DNA from: Promethearchaeota archaeon
GTDB taxonomy: Archaea; Asgardarchaeota; Lokiarchaeia; Sigyniarchaeales; SOKP01
DNA length: 64,000 nt
Direction of reading: 5' to 3'
NCBI GenBank assembly: GCA_029838195.1
Contig: JALGVJ010000009.1
Location: 50,661-114,660 of the forward strand
In this document: one piece after another, positions 40,877-51,614 of the stretch
Position numbering within the stretch: the first letter of the stretch is position 1
Layout of the letters: every line of letters begins with the position of its first letter
Position numbers and translations under genes: made by a program
Notes under the pieces: model-generated
What the model was told of the DNA's origin: nothing
What the model saw: the letters and a program-made list of their open reading frames with translations, nothing else
Databases searched by the model: none

Positions 40877-41449
40877 TTAAAAATAAAAGTGCAATTTTTC
40901 GAGGCAAACATCTTTAAGTTCGTCATTTTTTACGAAATTAATCTCTATCTTTCTCAGTTTTTTTCCCAATAAGCTTTTAAATGCAGTTTCAAAATATCCT
41001 TTAGAAATTCTGCACAAACTTTTCCCATGCTTTAATTTTTCCCTTTGCTTTATGGGGTTCCTTAAAAAACAGTGATTTTCAATCGTAAGGGTAATTTTCC
41101 TTTCAAGCAAGTTTTTTTCAATCGAAATAATCTTGACCGAGTAAAATTCTTTTAATTCTTTCAAAAGTAATTCAAAAGCTTCAAACAATTCAAATTCCCT
41201 CTTGTTATATTGATTTTTAATACGTTCTGCTATGGTCTCTCCAGGACCACTTCCTACTTGATAAAGAGCAGATAAAAGCATGTTTCTTCCAAAAAGATCA
41301 TATATTTTAAACACCAATGATTCAGCAATAATTTCAAACCCCTTTAAACTATCTAAATTTTCTTTAGGATTATAAATTCTACGATTTATCTCTTCTTTAT
41401 CAATTTCAACTTCCATTAATGGCATCCCCTTAACTCTGTTCTTACTCAT
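40877..41449 (-). CDS. V4R-like domain protein (putative ligand-binding/regulatory)
   Basis: LYQVG...IENHCF...CRISKGYFE...DVC pattern. Confidence 0.5.
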   Translation of the reverse strand: MSKNRVKGMPLMEVEIDKEEINRRIYNPKENLDSLKGFEIIAESLVFKIYDLFGRNMLLSALYQVGSGPGETIAERIKNQYNKREFELFEAFELLLKELKEFYSVKIISIEKNLLERKITLTIENHCFLRNPIKQREKLKHGKSLCRISKGYFETAFKSLLGKKLRKIEINFVKNDELKDVCLEKLHFYF

Positions 41450-41709
41450 GTTTAAAATTTAAAAAATTGATTCACTGATCAATTAAAAAAAACTATTGTT
41501 TTTAAAAATATTTTTTATTAATTTTGCTACATGTTGTTTTCGAATTTGATAGATATTATTAAATAAGAACGTTGTTTAATTAATTGCCTAAAAAGAAAGA
41601 ACTTAAAAAAGCTTTAAATCGAATTTCTTTTAGGGGGTTTTATGATGAGATTATTACCCTCACATTCTTTCTATAGAGAATTTTATTAGATATCTAATTT
41701 TACTACGTG

Positions 41710-42441
41710 TTAACTTTTAATTAACCAATTTGCTAATTTATCTGGCAAGAGAAACCCTAAATAATATTCGATAGCGCTTGAAATTAATATGGATCGGATG
41801 ATAGCAAGAGTAAGGGCAGTCATGGGAATCGCCGCATCAAATACAGCGGCTAAAGTAAACGAAAAAAAACCAATAAGGAGAAATCTTCCCTTCCATTGAA
41901 TTTTTTCATCTTCTGAGCGCATGGAAACCCGAGATAGGATAACCCCCGTGATGAGAGCAGTTGCTATAGATAAAATTTGAAAAGAGAAAGGATAAATCTC
42001 GTGTTCTGTATTGAAACGAGCCGTCGATCTTCCGATTAAACTCAAGTCCGTGAAAAAGAAAATGAGCAAGAAAATTTCGTATATAATGGAAATCGCACTA
42101 TAAATAGATAGGATTAATTTTAATCGTTCAGGAACTACTAGTTTGCAAAAAGAATACACCCAGCATACTAAAGCCAGCGGGATAAAAATATTTCCTAAGA
42201 ATAAATCCAAGAATACACTAATTTCGGTTTCATTAATGGCAAAAGTAATAAAGGAGATGGCATTTCCCCACCATGGACTAGATAAAAATATCCAAGTTAA
42301 ACCCACCGTTAATAACACCGTATTCTTAGTTGTAAAATATTTTAAAAAAATTCTTATTCCTACGGCTAAAGAAATGATTACAAATAAGAAGGAAAAGCTA
42401 ACTTGGATTATTTCTAATGGTGTTAATGACTCTAATCCCAT
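41710..42441 (-). CDS. Polytopic (about 7 TM) membrane protein of unknown function
   Basis: Seven hydrophobic segments; ATG 42441 preferred over 42513. Confidence 0.75.
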   Translation of the reverse strand: MGLESLTPLEIIQVSFSFLFVIISLAVGIRIFLKYFTTKNTVLLTVGLTWIFLSSPWWGNAISFITFAINETEISVFLDLFLGNIFIPLALVCWVYSFCKLVVPERLKLILSIYSAISIIYEIFLLIFFFTDLSLIGRSTARFNTEHEIYPFSFQILSIATALITGVILSRVSMRSEDEKIQWKGRFLLIGFFSFTLAAVFDAAIPMTALTLAIIRSILISSAIEYYLGFLLPDKLANWLIKS

Positions 42442-42676
42442 GTGTTTATCATTAAATGAATTATAATTTAATTGACGTATAATTTTTTTTTCTTTAGTGT
42501 ATTGATCACGCATTCGATTATTTAAATCTATCGTTTTTCTTTTTTATTGGATTTATTAAATGATTGCATTTCACGTTCTTTTCTATTTGAAGTTGATTAA
42601 AGAGAATTGGAAAATATTATTTTCATTACCATGCTAATTAATTTAATCAATTTAATACAAAGATGGAAAGAAAATA

Positions 42677-43171
42677 ATGGGTAAAATTAAAAAGGTATTA
42701 TTTATTTGTTATGGGAATACTGCACGCTCTCCAGTGGCGTGGGCCTTAGCTAGAGATTTAAAAAAGATTTATCGGGAGCTTTCGGAGGTAGAATTTGATA
42801 GTGCTGGTTTTATTAATGCTTTTTCCTACATGCAACCCGAATCTCGGGCATTTTTAGATGCTAAAAATATTTTTCATTCGGATTTTGTACCAAAAATAAT
42901 AAATCGTAGACTTTTAGCAAATCAAGATCTCATATTAACAATGGAGAAGGTACATAAACAACAAATTTTAGAAGCTTATGGGAATATTGAGGAAATTAGG
43001 AAAAAAGTATTTACGTTGAAAGAATTTAATGGTGAGAAGGAAGAAATGGATATAATTGATCCTTATTATACGGATTCTAAAACTTATGAAAAAATTTTAA
43101 AGATTATAGAGAGCCAAGTAAAAGAAATGGTACAAAAAATTATCAGAATTAATAGAAATAAGAAAACATGA
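42677..43171 (+). CDS. Low-molecular-weight protein phosphatase (LMW-PTP/YwlE family)
   Basis: CYGNTARS (CX5R), DSAG, DLILTME, IIDPYY. Confidence 0.92.
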   Translation: MGKIKKVLFICYGNTARSPVAWALARDLKKIYRELSEVEFDSAGFINAFSYMQPESRAFLDAKNIFHSDFVPKIINRRLLANQDLILTMEKVHKQQILEAYGNIEEIRKKVFTLKEFNGEKEEMDIIDPYYTDSKTYEKILKIIESQVKEMVQKIIRINRNKKT

Positions 43172-43219
43172 ATTTAAAAAAGTGTTAAAGAAAGTAAAAG
43201 AAGTTTTATTTTACCGAAT

Positions 43220-43717
43220 TTAAGGTTTTTCATTAATTTGAATAATTTTTTCTATTGCTTTAATTACCGCCTTTTCAATCTTTTTCAAGGTTTCTTGATA
43301 TTCTTTCTCTTCATAATGAAAGGGATCAAGGATTTCTAAGTTCTCAGTTTCTCCGATAAATTCTAATAATAAATGTACTTTTTTATTCAGATCTTTCAAG
43401 TGCTTAAACTTGCGTAATAACTTATCCGAATGATGTTTTTTCTCAAAAGTCAAGATTAAATCCTGCTTGTCAAGTAATTCTTCAGTCACTTTTTTCGCTT
43501 GAAAATCGCTAACATCAATTCCTTTGTTGGCGAGATATGCTACCGTGCCTGGTTGAGGAGTGTCATAATAATGATAAATCCCTGCTGAATCGAATTGCAC
43601 GTTTTTTAATTGTTCTTTATATTTATTCTGTTTTAACCATTTTGCGAAATATTCTGCGAAAGGAGAGCGGCATGTGTTTCCAGCGCAAACAAATAATACG
43701 TTTTTAATTTCAGTCAT
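43220..43717 (-). CDS. Low-molecular-weight protein phosphatase (LMW-PTP/YwlE family), paralog
   Basis: CAGNTCRS, DSAG, DLILTFE, ILDPF. Confidence 0.92.
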   Translation of the reverse strand: MTEIKNVLFVCAGNTCRSPFAEYFAKWLKQNKYKEQLKNVQFDSAGIYHYYDTPQPGTVAYLANKGIDVSDFQAKKVTEELLDKQDLILTFEKKHHSDKLLRKFKHLKDLNKKVHLLLEFIGETENLEILDPFHYEEKEYQETLKKIEKAVIKAIEKIIQINEKP

Positions 43718-43923
43718 CGTTATAAAGGGTAATTAATCATGATTTATTAAATTAGGTATAATAGAATATGGAATGCGGGATCAACTCTGGATTTTAGCAT
43801 GAGAATGAATAGTTAAAAATGAAGTTGAAAATTATAAAATTTCTTAAATTAGAATGGTTTTAATTACATCAATAGTCGACTATTCAATAATTACCAATAT
43901 TAAAAAATTTGAGATAATCTCTC

Positions 43924-45495
43924 TTGAAGTTTAAAACTGACGTATTAATTATCGGCGGTGGCATTTCTGGGGCAGCATTAGCGATAAAACTAGCTCTTTC
44001 AAATGAAAATGTCCAAATAATGTTAATCACGAAAGAAGAATTAGAGAATTGTAATACCTTCCATGCTCAAGGAGGTATTGCATGTGTATGGAGTGAAAAG
44101 GATGAGTTCAAAAAACATGTTAGAGATACTTTAATTGCGGGAGATGGCTTATGTAAGGAAGAAGTTGTAAAAAGAATCGTCATGCAGGCACCTGAGCGCA
44201 TTAACGAGCTCATTCAATGGGGGGTAAAATTCACGGAAAATGAAAGAGGAGAATTCGATTTAGGAAAAGAAGGAGGGCATTCAGAACGAAGGATATTACA
44301 TGCAAATGATTTGACGGGAAGAGAAATAGAGATAAAATTATTAAAAAAACTACGAGAATATCCTAATATAGAGATTCATGAACAGTGGTGCGCCATAAAT
44401 TTATATGCAAGAAATTTAAAATGTCATGGAGTACATGTTTTGGATAATCTAACGGGAGAAATATATAATATAGCGGCAAAAATTACGGTTTTAGCTACAG
44501 GGGGAGCGGGAAAAATTTATTTATATACAACTAATCCGGATATTGCCTCTGGAGATGGCATTGCGATGGCATATCGAGCTGGGGCTTCAATCATGAACAT
44601 GGAATTTTACCAATTTCATCCCACTTGTCTTTACCACCCGTATGCTAAATCTTTTTTAATAACCGAAGCGTTGCGAGGAGAAGGGGCTGTTTTAAAAGAT
44701 ATTCGGGGTCACACATTCATGGAAAAATATCACCCTCTAAAAGAATTAGCTCCTAGAGACATTGTTTCGAGAGCCATTGATGCGGAATTAAAAAAATCGG
44801 GAGATGATTTTGTTTATTTAGATATAGCTTCTTATAGAGAGCCAGAATTTATTAAAAACCATTTTCCCGGGATTTATCAAAAATGCATGGAATTTAATAT
44901 TGATATTACTTCAGAACCGATTCCTGTAGTTCCTGCGGCTCATTATTGTTGTGGGGGTGTAAAATCTACTATTGGTGGAAAAACAGATGTTAAAGGGTTA
45001 TATGTCATAGGAGAGAGCGCATGTACGGGATTTCATGGTGCTAATCGGCTTGCAAGTAATTCTCTTTTAGAAGGACTGGTCATGGCACATGAATGCGCTT
45101 CAGAAATCGAGCATCTTTTACCTTCTTATAAATTAAAGGAATTTAAGGAATGGGAATCAGGAATTGCAGTTCCTTCTTCTGAAGGTGTGATGATCACGCA
45201 AAACTGGGATGAAATCAGAATGACCATGATGAATCTCGTGGGGATTGTTCGTTCTGATAATAGATTAAAGCGAGCACTAAAACGAATGCATCTTTTTTCT
45301 GAAGAAATAGATTATTATTACTGGAATTATCAAATAACGAAAGATTTAATTGAACTTCGAAATCTCTCCATGGTAGCAGAAATCATCATTCGATGTGCCA
45401 TGTCAAGAAAAGAAAGTCGTGGAGCTCATTTTAATAGCGATCATCCGGAAAAAGCAAATATTCCTCGAGATTCTATCATTCGAAGGCCATGGTAA
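43924..45495 (+). CDS. nadB: L-aspartate oxidase
   Basis: AQGGIA, EGGHSERRILHA, QFHPT, EALRGEG, ELAPRDIVSR, AAHY, HGANRLASNSLLE, ESRGAH. Confidence 0.95.
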   Translation: MKFKTDVLIIGGGISGAALAIKLALSNENVQIMLITKEELENCNTFHAQGGIACVWSEKDEFKKHVRDTLIAGDGLCKEEVVKRIVMQAPERINELIQWGVKFTENERGEFDLGKEGGHSERRILHANDLTGREIEIKLLKKLREYPNIEIHEQWCAINLYARNLKCHGVHVLDNLTGEIYNIAAKITVLATGGAGKIYLYTTNPDIASGDGIAMAYRAGASIMNMEFYQFHPTCLYHPYAKSFLITEALRGEGAVLKDIRGHTFMEKYHPLKELAPRDIVSRAIDAELKKSGDDFVYLDIASYREPEFIKNHFPGIYQKCMEFNIDITSEPIPVVPAAHYCCGGVKSTIGGKTDVKGLYVIGESACTGFHGANRLASNSLLEGLVMAHECASEIEHLLPSYKLKEFKEWESGIAVPSSEGVMITQNWDEIRMTMMNLVGIVRSDNRLKRALKRMHLFSEEIDYYYWNYQITKDLIELRNLSMVAEIIIRCAMSRKESRGAHFNSDHPEKANIPRDSIIRRPW

Positions 45496-45778
45496 GGTAA
45501 ATCATATCTCTCTCTTTTAAAAATCTTAAATGCCAAAATTCTTTATTTTTTGTTAATTAAATAGGAGTTTAATTAAATTATTTAATTCTCTCAATTAAAA
45601 AAAGAATTAAGTGAAAATGAGAAGTATAAAAATAAAACCCCGCTTTCCATAGAATCTTATCTTTTTTCTGAATGAAGATTCAATGAATAAAAGGTGAATT
45701 ATTTTCCTTGTCTCAATAACCTTTTATTATTAAAATCATGATTTATCTTATAGATAATAACCTTTTATTCTTAAATTC

Positions 45779-46573
45779 ATGATAGGAAAACAAATAAGAA
45801 TTGAACGCATAATCAATAGAAAAACGAAAAGAACAATTATCATTCCCATGGATCATGGCTTAACTCTTGGAACGATTAAAGGGCTAGAAAATTTAGCTGA
45901 AATGGTGGATAAGGTTGCTATGGGAGGAGCAAATGCAGTATTAGAGCATTCCGGCATGGTAGGTGCCGGTCATCGAAAATATGGAAAAGACATAGGATTA
46001 ATCATTCACTTATCTGGAGCTACCAGCTTGGCCCCGGATCCTAATAAAAAAGTATTGGTTTGTACTGTTGAACGTGCCCTAAAAATGGGAGCAGATGGCG
46101 TTTCTATACATGTCAATATTGGGGCCGATGATGAGCCTGAAATGCTAAAAGACGCTCAGAAAGTTGTGGAGAGTTGTAGAGAATGGGGCGTGCCATTATT
46201 AGCGATGATGTATCCAAGAGGAAAGAAAATTAAGGATGAGAATAATCCGGAAGTTGTCAATATTGCCGTTCGAGTAGGAGCTGAATTAGGAGCAGATATA
46301 GTAAAAACAAATTATACAGGGGATATTGACTCATTTAAATATATTGTAAAAGGAGTTCACGTACCAGTAATAATAGCGGGAGGACCCAAAATGGATACGG
46401 TAAAAGATCTATTGCAGATGGTTCATGATTCAATTGAAGCAGGAGGGGCAGGCGTTGCTTTTGGAAGGAACGTGTTTCAATCGGAGAATCCCACGGAATT
46501 AGTAAGAGCACTATTTAAAATTATTCATGAAAATTATACGGTTGAGGAAGTACTGAAAGAGTTGAAACTTTGA
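45779..46573 (+). CDS. DhnA-type class I aldolase, probably 2-amino-3,7-dideoxy-D-threo-hept-6-ulosonate synthase (AroA') or fructose-bisphosphate aldolase
   Basis: [32 protein letters not shown]. Confidence 0.88.
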   Translation: MIGKQIRIERIINRKTKRTIIIPMDHGLTLGTIKGLENLAEMVDKVAMGGANAVLEHSGMVGAGHRKYGKDIGLIIHLSGATSLAPDPNKKVLVCTVERALKMGADGVSIHVNIGADDEPEMLKDAQKVVESCREWGVPLLAMMYPRGKKIKDENNPEVVNIAVRVGAELGADIVKTNYTGDIDSFKYIVKGVHVPVIIAGGPKMDTVKDLLQMVHDSIEAGGAGVAFGRNVFQSENPTELVRALFKIIHENYTVEEVLKELKL

Positions 46574-46589
46574 GGATTACATTTTTACC

Positions 46590-47861
46590 ATGACCAAGAA
46601 TAAAATTTGCGATCTTTTTTTAAAGAAATGGGAACGAGATTTAAAGGACCACGATGTAATAATCACTTTTAAAAGTAGAAAATCCCGAGATCGATTCATT
46701 CAAGAGAAGAGTGGTAAACTTGTCATATTAAATAAATATGACATTCTTCCGGCAATTAAGATTAAACAGACGAAAGCACAAATATCTGATATTAAGAACT
46801 TTAAAGGGGTAAAAAGGATTGAAGAAGATCAGATTTTATATCTTTCAATAAAAGAACTTTTTGAAAATTGGAATTTAATTGAATATAAAAATTTTCAAGC
46901 TTCTCATGAAGGAAAGGGTGTTTCATTAGGCATAATTGATGATGGTATTAATGATGAATTTGAATATATTCCAAAAGTGGTGCCGTTTAACAAAGCAATT
47001 CCAAAAAAAAAAATTTCCAGCAATAATGAAAATGAGAATAGTGAGATGGTCTCTCATGGTACGCTCATGGCAGGAATCATTGGAAACAAATGCATTTATA
47101 ACAATCATTTCCTTGGTATTGCCCCTCAAGTTCAAATCATTGATATCCCGCCGACTAACCATGATACCATTATTAGAATATCGAACGTGCTCCACGTTTT
47201 TGATGTGATAATAAGGCGACGATTATCCTTAGATATCCTCCTGATTTCATTCACGACTTTAGAATCTTCTGATGGGAATGATGTATTATCCCGGGCTTGT
47301 AATAAACTCGTGAAAAAAGGGATTACAATTGTATGTCCTGCCGGAAATTTCGGACCAGAATCCCATACGATTGGTAGTCCTGCCGCTGCTAAGAGGGTTA
47401 TTACGGTGGGAGCTCTTACAAAAAGCAATACAATTGCTTATTATAGTGGAAGAGGCCCAACTCTCAATGGAAAAATTAAACCTGATTTTTGCTTGCTTGG
47501 ATCTAAGATTTCTATCCCATTGACAAGAGAAAAATCCATTATTTTTTCTGGAACAAGCGCAGCTGCAGCGATTGCTGCTGGTATGATTGCTATTTTAAAG
47601 GAAATCAACCCAACCTTGCGTCCCAAACAAATTAAAAAATATCTCATTAAATCTTGTAAGCTATTAAGATATGAAGACATGTCACAAGGATGGGGAACGA
47701 CTAATTTAGAAAGACTTTTTAAAGTATTAAAATTATCTCAAGTAGAGAGTTTAAATTATCCCCTATTATTGAAAATTTCAATTAAGTATACCATCTTACT
47801 GATACTTTTGTTATTAATCATCTTTTATTTTAGAATAATCATCCAAATTTTTCAAGTATGA
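46590..47861 (+). CDS. Subtilisin-like (S8) serine protease with C-terminal membrane anchor
   Basis: GIIDDG, SHGT, AGN, YSGRGP, KPDF, SGTS; hydrophobic last ~25 aa. Confidence 0.88.
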   Translation: MTKNKICDLFLKKWERDLKDHDVIITFKSRKSRDRFIQEKSGKLVILNKYDILPAIKIKQTKAQISDIKNFKGVKRIEEDQILYLSIKELFENWNLIEYKNFQASHEGKGVSLGIIDDGINDEFEYIPKVVPFNKAIPKKKISSNNENENSEMVSHGTLMAGIIGNKCIYNNHFLGIAPQVQIIDIPPTNHDTIIRISNVLHVFDVIIRRRLSLDILLISFTTLESSDGNDVLSRACNKLVKKGITIVCPAGNFGPESHTIGSPAAAKRVITVGALTKSNTIAYYSGRGPTLNGKIKPDFCLLGSKISIPLTREKSIIFSGTSAAAAIAAGMIAILKEINPTLRPKQIKKYLIKSCKLLRYEDMSQGWGTTNLERLFKVLKLSQVESLNYPLLLKISIKYTILLILLLLIIFYFRIIIQIFQV

Positions 47862-47890
47862 ACTCCAACATAAAAATGAATTGAATTTAC

Positions 47891-48427
47891 ATGTATCCTT
47901 TATGTCATTTATTTGTCCCCCTCCTAATTTTTGAAATTCCCAAATTAAAAAACAGCTACAAGGCAAACAGGCTTGCACTCATAATTGGAAGCTTATTTCC
48001 CGATATTATTGATAAATCTATTCATTTTATCAATAGAGAAAGCGGAATAATGTATTGCCATAATTTCTTATTTGTATTTCTTTCTTTTCTTTTCCTCCAT
48101 GTTCTAAGCAAGGGAAAAAAAGAGATTTCTATTCCTTTTCTAATCGGAATGTTAATACATTTGGCCTTAGATCTTCCTTACATTCCTATTTTTTATCCTT
48201 TTATTCACTATGAACACGAAATAATTGAAACACCTTTTAAATATTATGCCTCTAAATATTTTAATAATGTATTCATTATAACTACGGAAATTAGTTCAGG
48301 GATCGGCTTGATTTGGATTATCAAGAAAAATAGAATTTTTACCATTCAGCAATTAAAAAATTATTTGAATATAAAATTAGATATTGATGAACAAGCGACC
48401 ACCAGTATGGTTAGTAAAAATGAATAA
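47891..48427 (+). CDS. Membrane metal-dependent hydrolase (YdjM-like), paralog 1
   Basis: N-terminal His, GSLFPDIIDK, H-N-F, HLALD. Confidence 0.8.
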   Translation: MYPLCHLFVPLLIFEIPKLKNSYKANRLALIIGSLFPDIIDKSIHFINRESGIMYCHNFLFVFLSFLFLHVLSKGKKEISIPFLIGMLIHLALDLPYIPIFYPFIHYEHEIIETPFKYYASKYFNNVFIITTEISSGIGLIWIIKKNRIFTIQQLKNYLNIKLDIDEQATTSMVSKNE

Positions 48428-48553
48428 ATTTTTTAAAACAAATCACTTTATATATTTGCAAATTTGAAAGATTCATGTAAAATAAAAGTATTAAAAATTG
48501 AAAATTATTAAATCATTATTTTTTTAAAGATCAAAAATAAAAGAGGGATTTTT

Positions 48554-48655
48554 ATATTTCCTTTGTTTCATATGGCCTTGCCATTGATATTTTTTGAAAT
48601 TCCACGAATTAAAAGAAAATATAATGTCAATAAATTTCTTATGAACAAGAAATAA
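48554..48655 (+). pseudogene. Truncated 5' copy of the YdjM-like gene
   Basis: IFPLFHMALPLIFFEIPRIKRKYNVNK...*, matching the N-termini of both neighbours and stopping after 33 codons. Confidence 0.8.
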
Positions 48656-48883
48656 TTGAAAAAAATAAAATCTATAATTTTCACCAGTTAAAAAATATTT
48701 AAATCTTCATTTTCCAAGTAAGGATGATTCATCCCTTTCCATGTGCGAGAAAAAAAATAAACTTTTCAAAACACGCCTCTTTATATACTTTAAATTTAAA
48801 AGATATTTTCATACCAATAAAAGAAAATAATAAAAATTAAAATCCTAAAATTTATAATTCCATACACGAAAGAGGGATGCAGA

Positions 48884-49387
48884 ATTTTTCCTTTATTTCA
48901 CATGGCTTTACCCTTAACAATTTTCGAAATTCCACAAATTAAAAGAAAAAATATGGTACATCGGTTAGCATTATTAATAGGAAGCATATTACCTGATTTA
49001 GTAGATAAACCCTTGATGTTATTGCGTTTAGAAAATGGGAGAGGATTCGCTCATACTTTATTATTTACAATTATTTCTTTTCTTTTTGTTCTGATTTTAT
49101 TTAAAGATAAAAAATCGATACCTTTTTCTTTATTAATAGGGAATTTATTTCACTTAATATTAGATCTTCCCTACGTTCCTATTTTTTATCCTTTTATTTC
49201 CTATGATATTTCATTTGAGGAGTATCCCTTTGAAAAATGGTATGAAGCTATTTTTAATCCCGTGATTTTAACTACCGAGCTCATAGGCTTAAGTTTATTA
49301 TTTTTTATTATTTTTCATAACAAATTGTTTAATGTTGCAAGCTTTTGGAATTATTTAAACCATGGTCCCCTCTCATTGAATTCTTAA
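48884..49387 (+). CDS. Membrane metal-dependent hydrolase (YdjM-like), paralog 2; ATT start proposed (ATG 48902 would drop the conserved His)
   Basis: (I/M)FPLFHMALP aligns with MYPLCHLFVP; GSILPDLVDKP, RGFAHT, HLILD. Confidence 0.8.
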   Translation: MFPLFHMALPLTIFEIPQIKRKNMVHRLALLIGSILPDLVDKPLMLLRLENGRGFAHTLLFTIISFLFVLILFKDKKSIPFSLLIGNLFHLILDLPYVPIFYPFISYDISFEEYPFEKWYEAIFNPVILTTELIGLSLLFFIIFHNKLFNVASFWNYLNHGPLSLNS

Positions 49388-49549
49388 ATTAATGGAACAT
49401 GACGATTCTTTACTTTCCCCTTATATTTTTAATTATTTAATAATTTTAAAAGTCTTAAAAGGAAGGAATTTAATAGAAACACGTGATTAATTTAGTTGAT
49501 TTTTATAGTTTTAAATCTAAATGAAGGTTAAAATTATCTCTCGAGGAAA

Positions 49550-50287
49550 ATGAGTAAGAAACTAATCCCTCATGTTATTATTGACGTACGAGAAAAAAAA
49601 TTGATTGAAATTTTTAAGCGAAAGAAAGAGAGCATTACCCATGAGGTAAAGCAATTAGATGTGGCGGATGTGGTTATTACTAATGAGGTGGCATGTGAGA
49701 GAAAAGAAGGTTTTGATTTCATTGCATCTATCATGGATAATCGGTTATTCGAACAACTTCTAAGATTAAAAGAGACGTATACTACGCCCATATTGCTTTT
49801 GGAAGGACTAAATCAAGAGGTTTTTGAAACAATGGGCATGAGCCTATCATCAATATACGGTGCGCTCTCTTTTATTTCTTATAAATTAGGAATCCCCTTA
49901 ATTCCCACCAGGCACGTTCAAGATACAGCACTTGTTATAGAACGGATAGCCTATCGCGAACAAGTAAAAGATAATGCACCAATATTATCACGGAAAGCTC
50001 CTAAGGGAATGAATGACAATGAGAGAAGAGCCTACATTTTAGAAGGATTAATTGATACGGGGCCCAAAAAAGCTCAATTGTTAATAAAGAAGTTTAAAAC
50101 ACCTTATAATGTTATGAGAGCTATTAAAAATACAAGGATCATTTATACCAAAACAGGTAAACCCAAAGGAATTGAAGGGCCACTAAAAGAGATACCGGGA
50201 TTTGGATGGAAATATCTTCAAAAGAATAAAAAAATCTTATTTGGAATGGAAAATAATGCTCAAAAAAAAATTGATGACCATTGGTAA
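49550..50287 (+). CDS. Short ERCC4/XPF-type structure-specific endonuclease with HhH domain
   Basis: IIDVRE, ADVVI, ERKxxxD, DNRLFEQ, LLEG, HhH-like GPKKA and IPGFG. Confidence 0.9.
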   Translation: MSKKLIPHVIIDVREKKLIEIFKRKKESITHEVKQLDVADVVITNEVACERKEGFDFIASIMDNRLFEQLLRLKETYTTPILLLEGLNQEVFETMGMSLSSIYGALSFISYKLGIPLIPTRHVQDTALVIERIAYREQVKDNAPILSRKAPKGMNDNERRAYILEGLIDTGPKKAQLLIKKFKTPYNVMRAIKNTRIIYTKTGKPKGIEGPLKEIPGFGWKYLQKNKKILFGMENNAQKKIDDHW

Positions 50288-50531
50288 TTTAAGAGAAGAT
50301 GAATTACAAATTGAATAGGCTCTCCTCTAAGGGATGAAAATATTCATGTCTATAGAGAAATCGATATTCTTTAAATATTTGAAGAGGGAAGGGCTCCGTA
50401 GTTCCATTTAGTTGATTTTATCTTCCTCAATGTAATTATTAATTCTGGAAAGAGAATGGGTTTTAAAAATAGAAAAAGGAAAAGTTTATAATTTTATTAT
50501 TCAAAAAAAAGGGCGAAATTTAGAGATTCAT

Positions 50532-51296
50532 TTAATTGAGTTGTGCGCCGCATTCTGAACAGAAATTACCAGCTGTCGTTATTTTAGAACCACAGTGAGG
50601 ACAATATCTTACCTCCTCACTCATAATAACTTTAGGAGGGGTGCTTGGAACGGGTTGAGGCGGTGTTGGTGCTGAAGGTGAAGGTGCAGCAGGAACCGTC
50701 TCTTCACGGGAGGGAGGCAGATTTTTCAAAGATGCCACGCGAAAGAATCCGACAATCTGAAGTATTACTCCGATGATCGAAAGAATTAATGTCATATAAA
50801 AGATAACGCTTAATTTTAAGTTCTTTATTCCTTTCAACGTATCTTCAACGATCATGGCCGGGAACATGGGACGATGATTCTCGAAAAATGATTCTAAATA
50901 TCCCCAAGCTTGATATTCCAATACGGCACTTATAAGAAAGATTATCATCGAAATAACCATCATCACTATGAAGCCACTAATGAAAGCATAGAAATAATGG
51001 AACACGAGGCCAAGTATTAACATGAGAAATGCAATAAACATTATACACCCTCCGATTAATTGTACCAGGAACCCTATTATATATCTTAACCTAAATTCGC
51101 TGAGATTCGCATCCGGCATTTCATGCGTGATTCTCTTTATTGTTCCTAGCGCTAAAAAGATATAGATCAGCTGAATGATGCCCACAAAAGGAATAATGAA
51201 AGCTAAGATTGCCAGAATAGCAATAATCTGCATCTTGGAGCCAAAATCTCGAAATTCATTTAATATTTTCGATTCGTTCATTTTGATATACACCAC
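50532..51296 (-). CDS. Membrane protein with Pro-rich linker and C-terminal double zinc ribbon
   Basis: Several TM segments; PAAPSPSAPTPPQPVPSTPP; YCPHCG...FCSECG. Confidence 0.8.
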   Translation of the reverse strand: MVYIKMNESKILNEFRDFGSKMQIIAILAILAFIIPFVGIIQLIYIFLALGTIKRITHEMPDANLSEFRLRYIIGFLVQLIGGCIMFIAFLMLILGLVFHYFYAFISGFIVMMVISMIIFLISAVLEYQAWGYLESFFENHRPMFPAMIVEDTLKGIKNLKLSVIFYMTLILSIIGVILQIVGFFRVASLKNLPPSREETVPAAPSPSAPTPPQPVPSTPPKVIMSEEVRYCPHCGSKITTAGNFCSECGAQLN

Positions 51297-51614
51297 ACGA
51301 TAATTTGTTATTATTTATTTTTTAAATTTAAATGATATTTTCATTCTTAAAAGATAGGAAAGAATTCTTACTTATAAAAAAATCATAGACCAATTCTTAA
51401 TTTTTTTTCATTAGGAAATTTAATAATTACATGGCTTTTTAAATTCCTTACATTGAATGCCTTTTAGAGTATCTATTATCATAATTATTAATTCGTGATT
51501 CTCCGTCAATCCTTAATGAAATAAAAAATTCTTTTTTATTCAAGAAAATATTCGAAAATTTTTTTTATCGAAAGAACGTGTTAGAGAAAAGGAAAAATGA
51601 GGAAAAGAAAAAAA

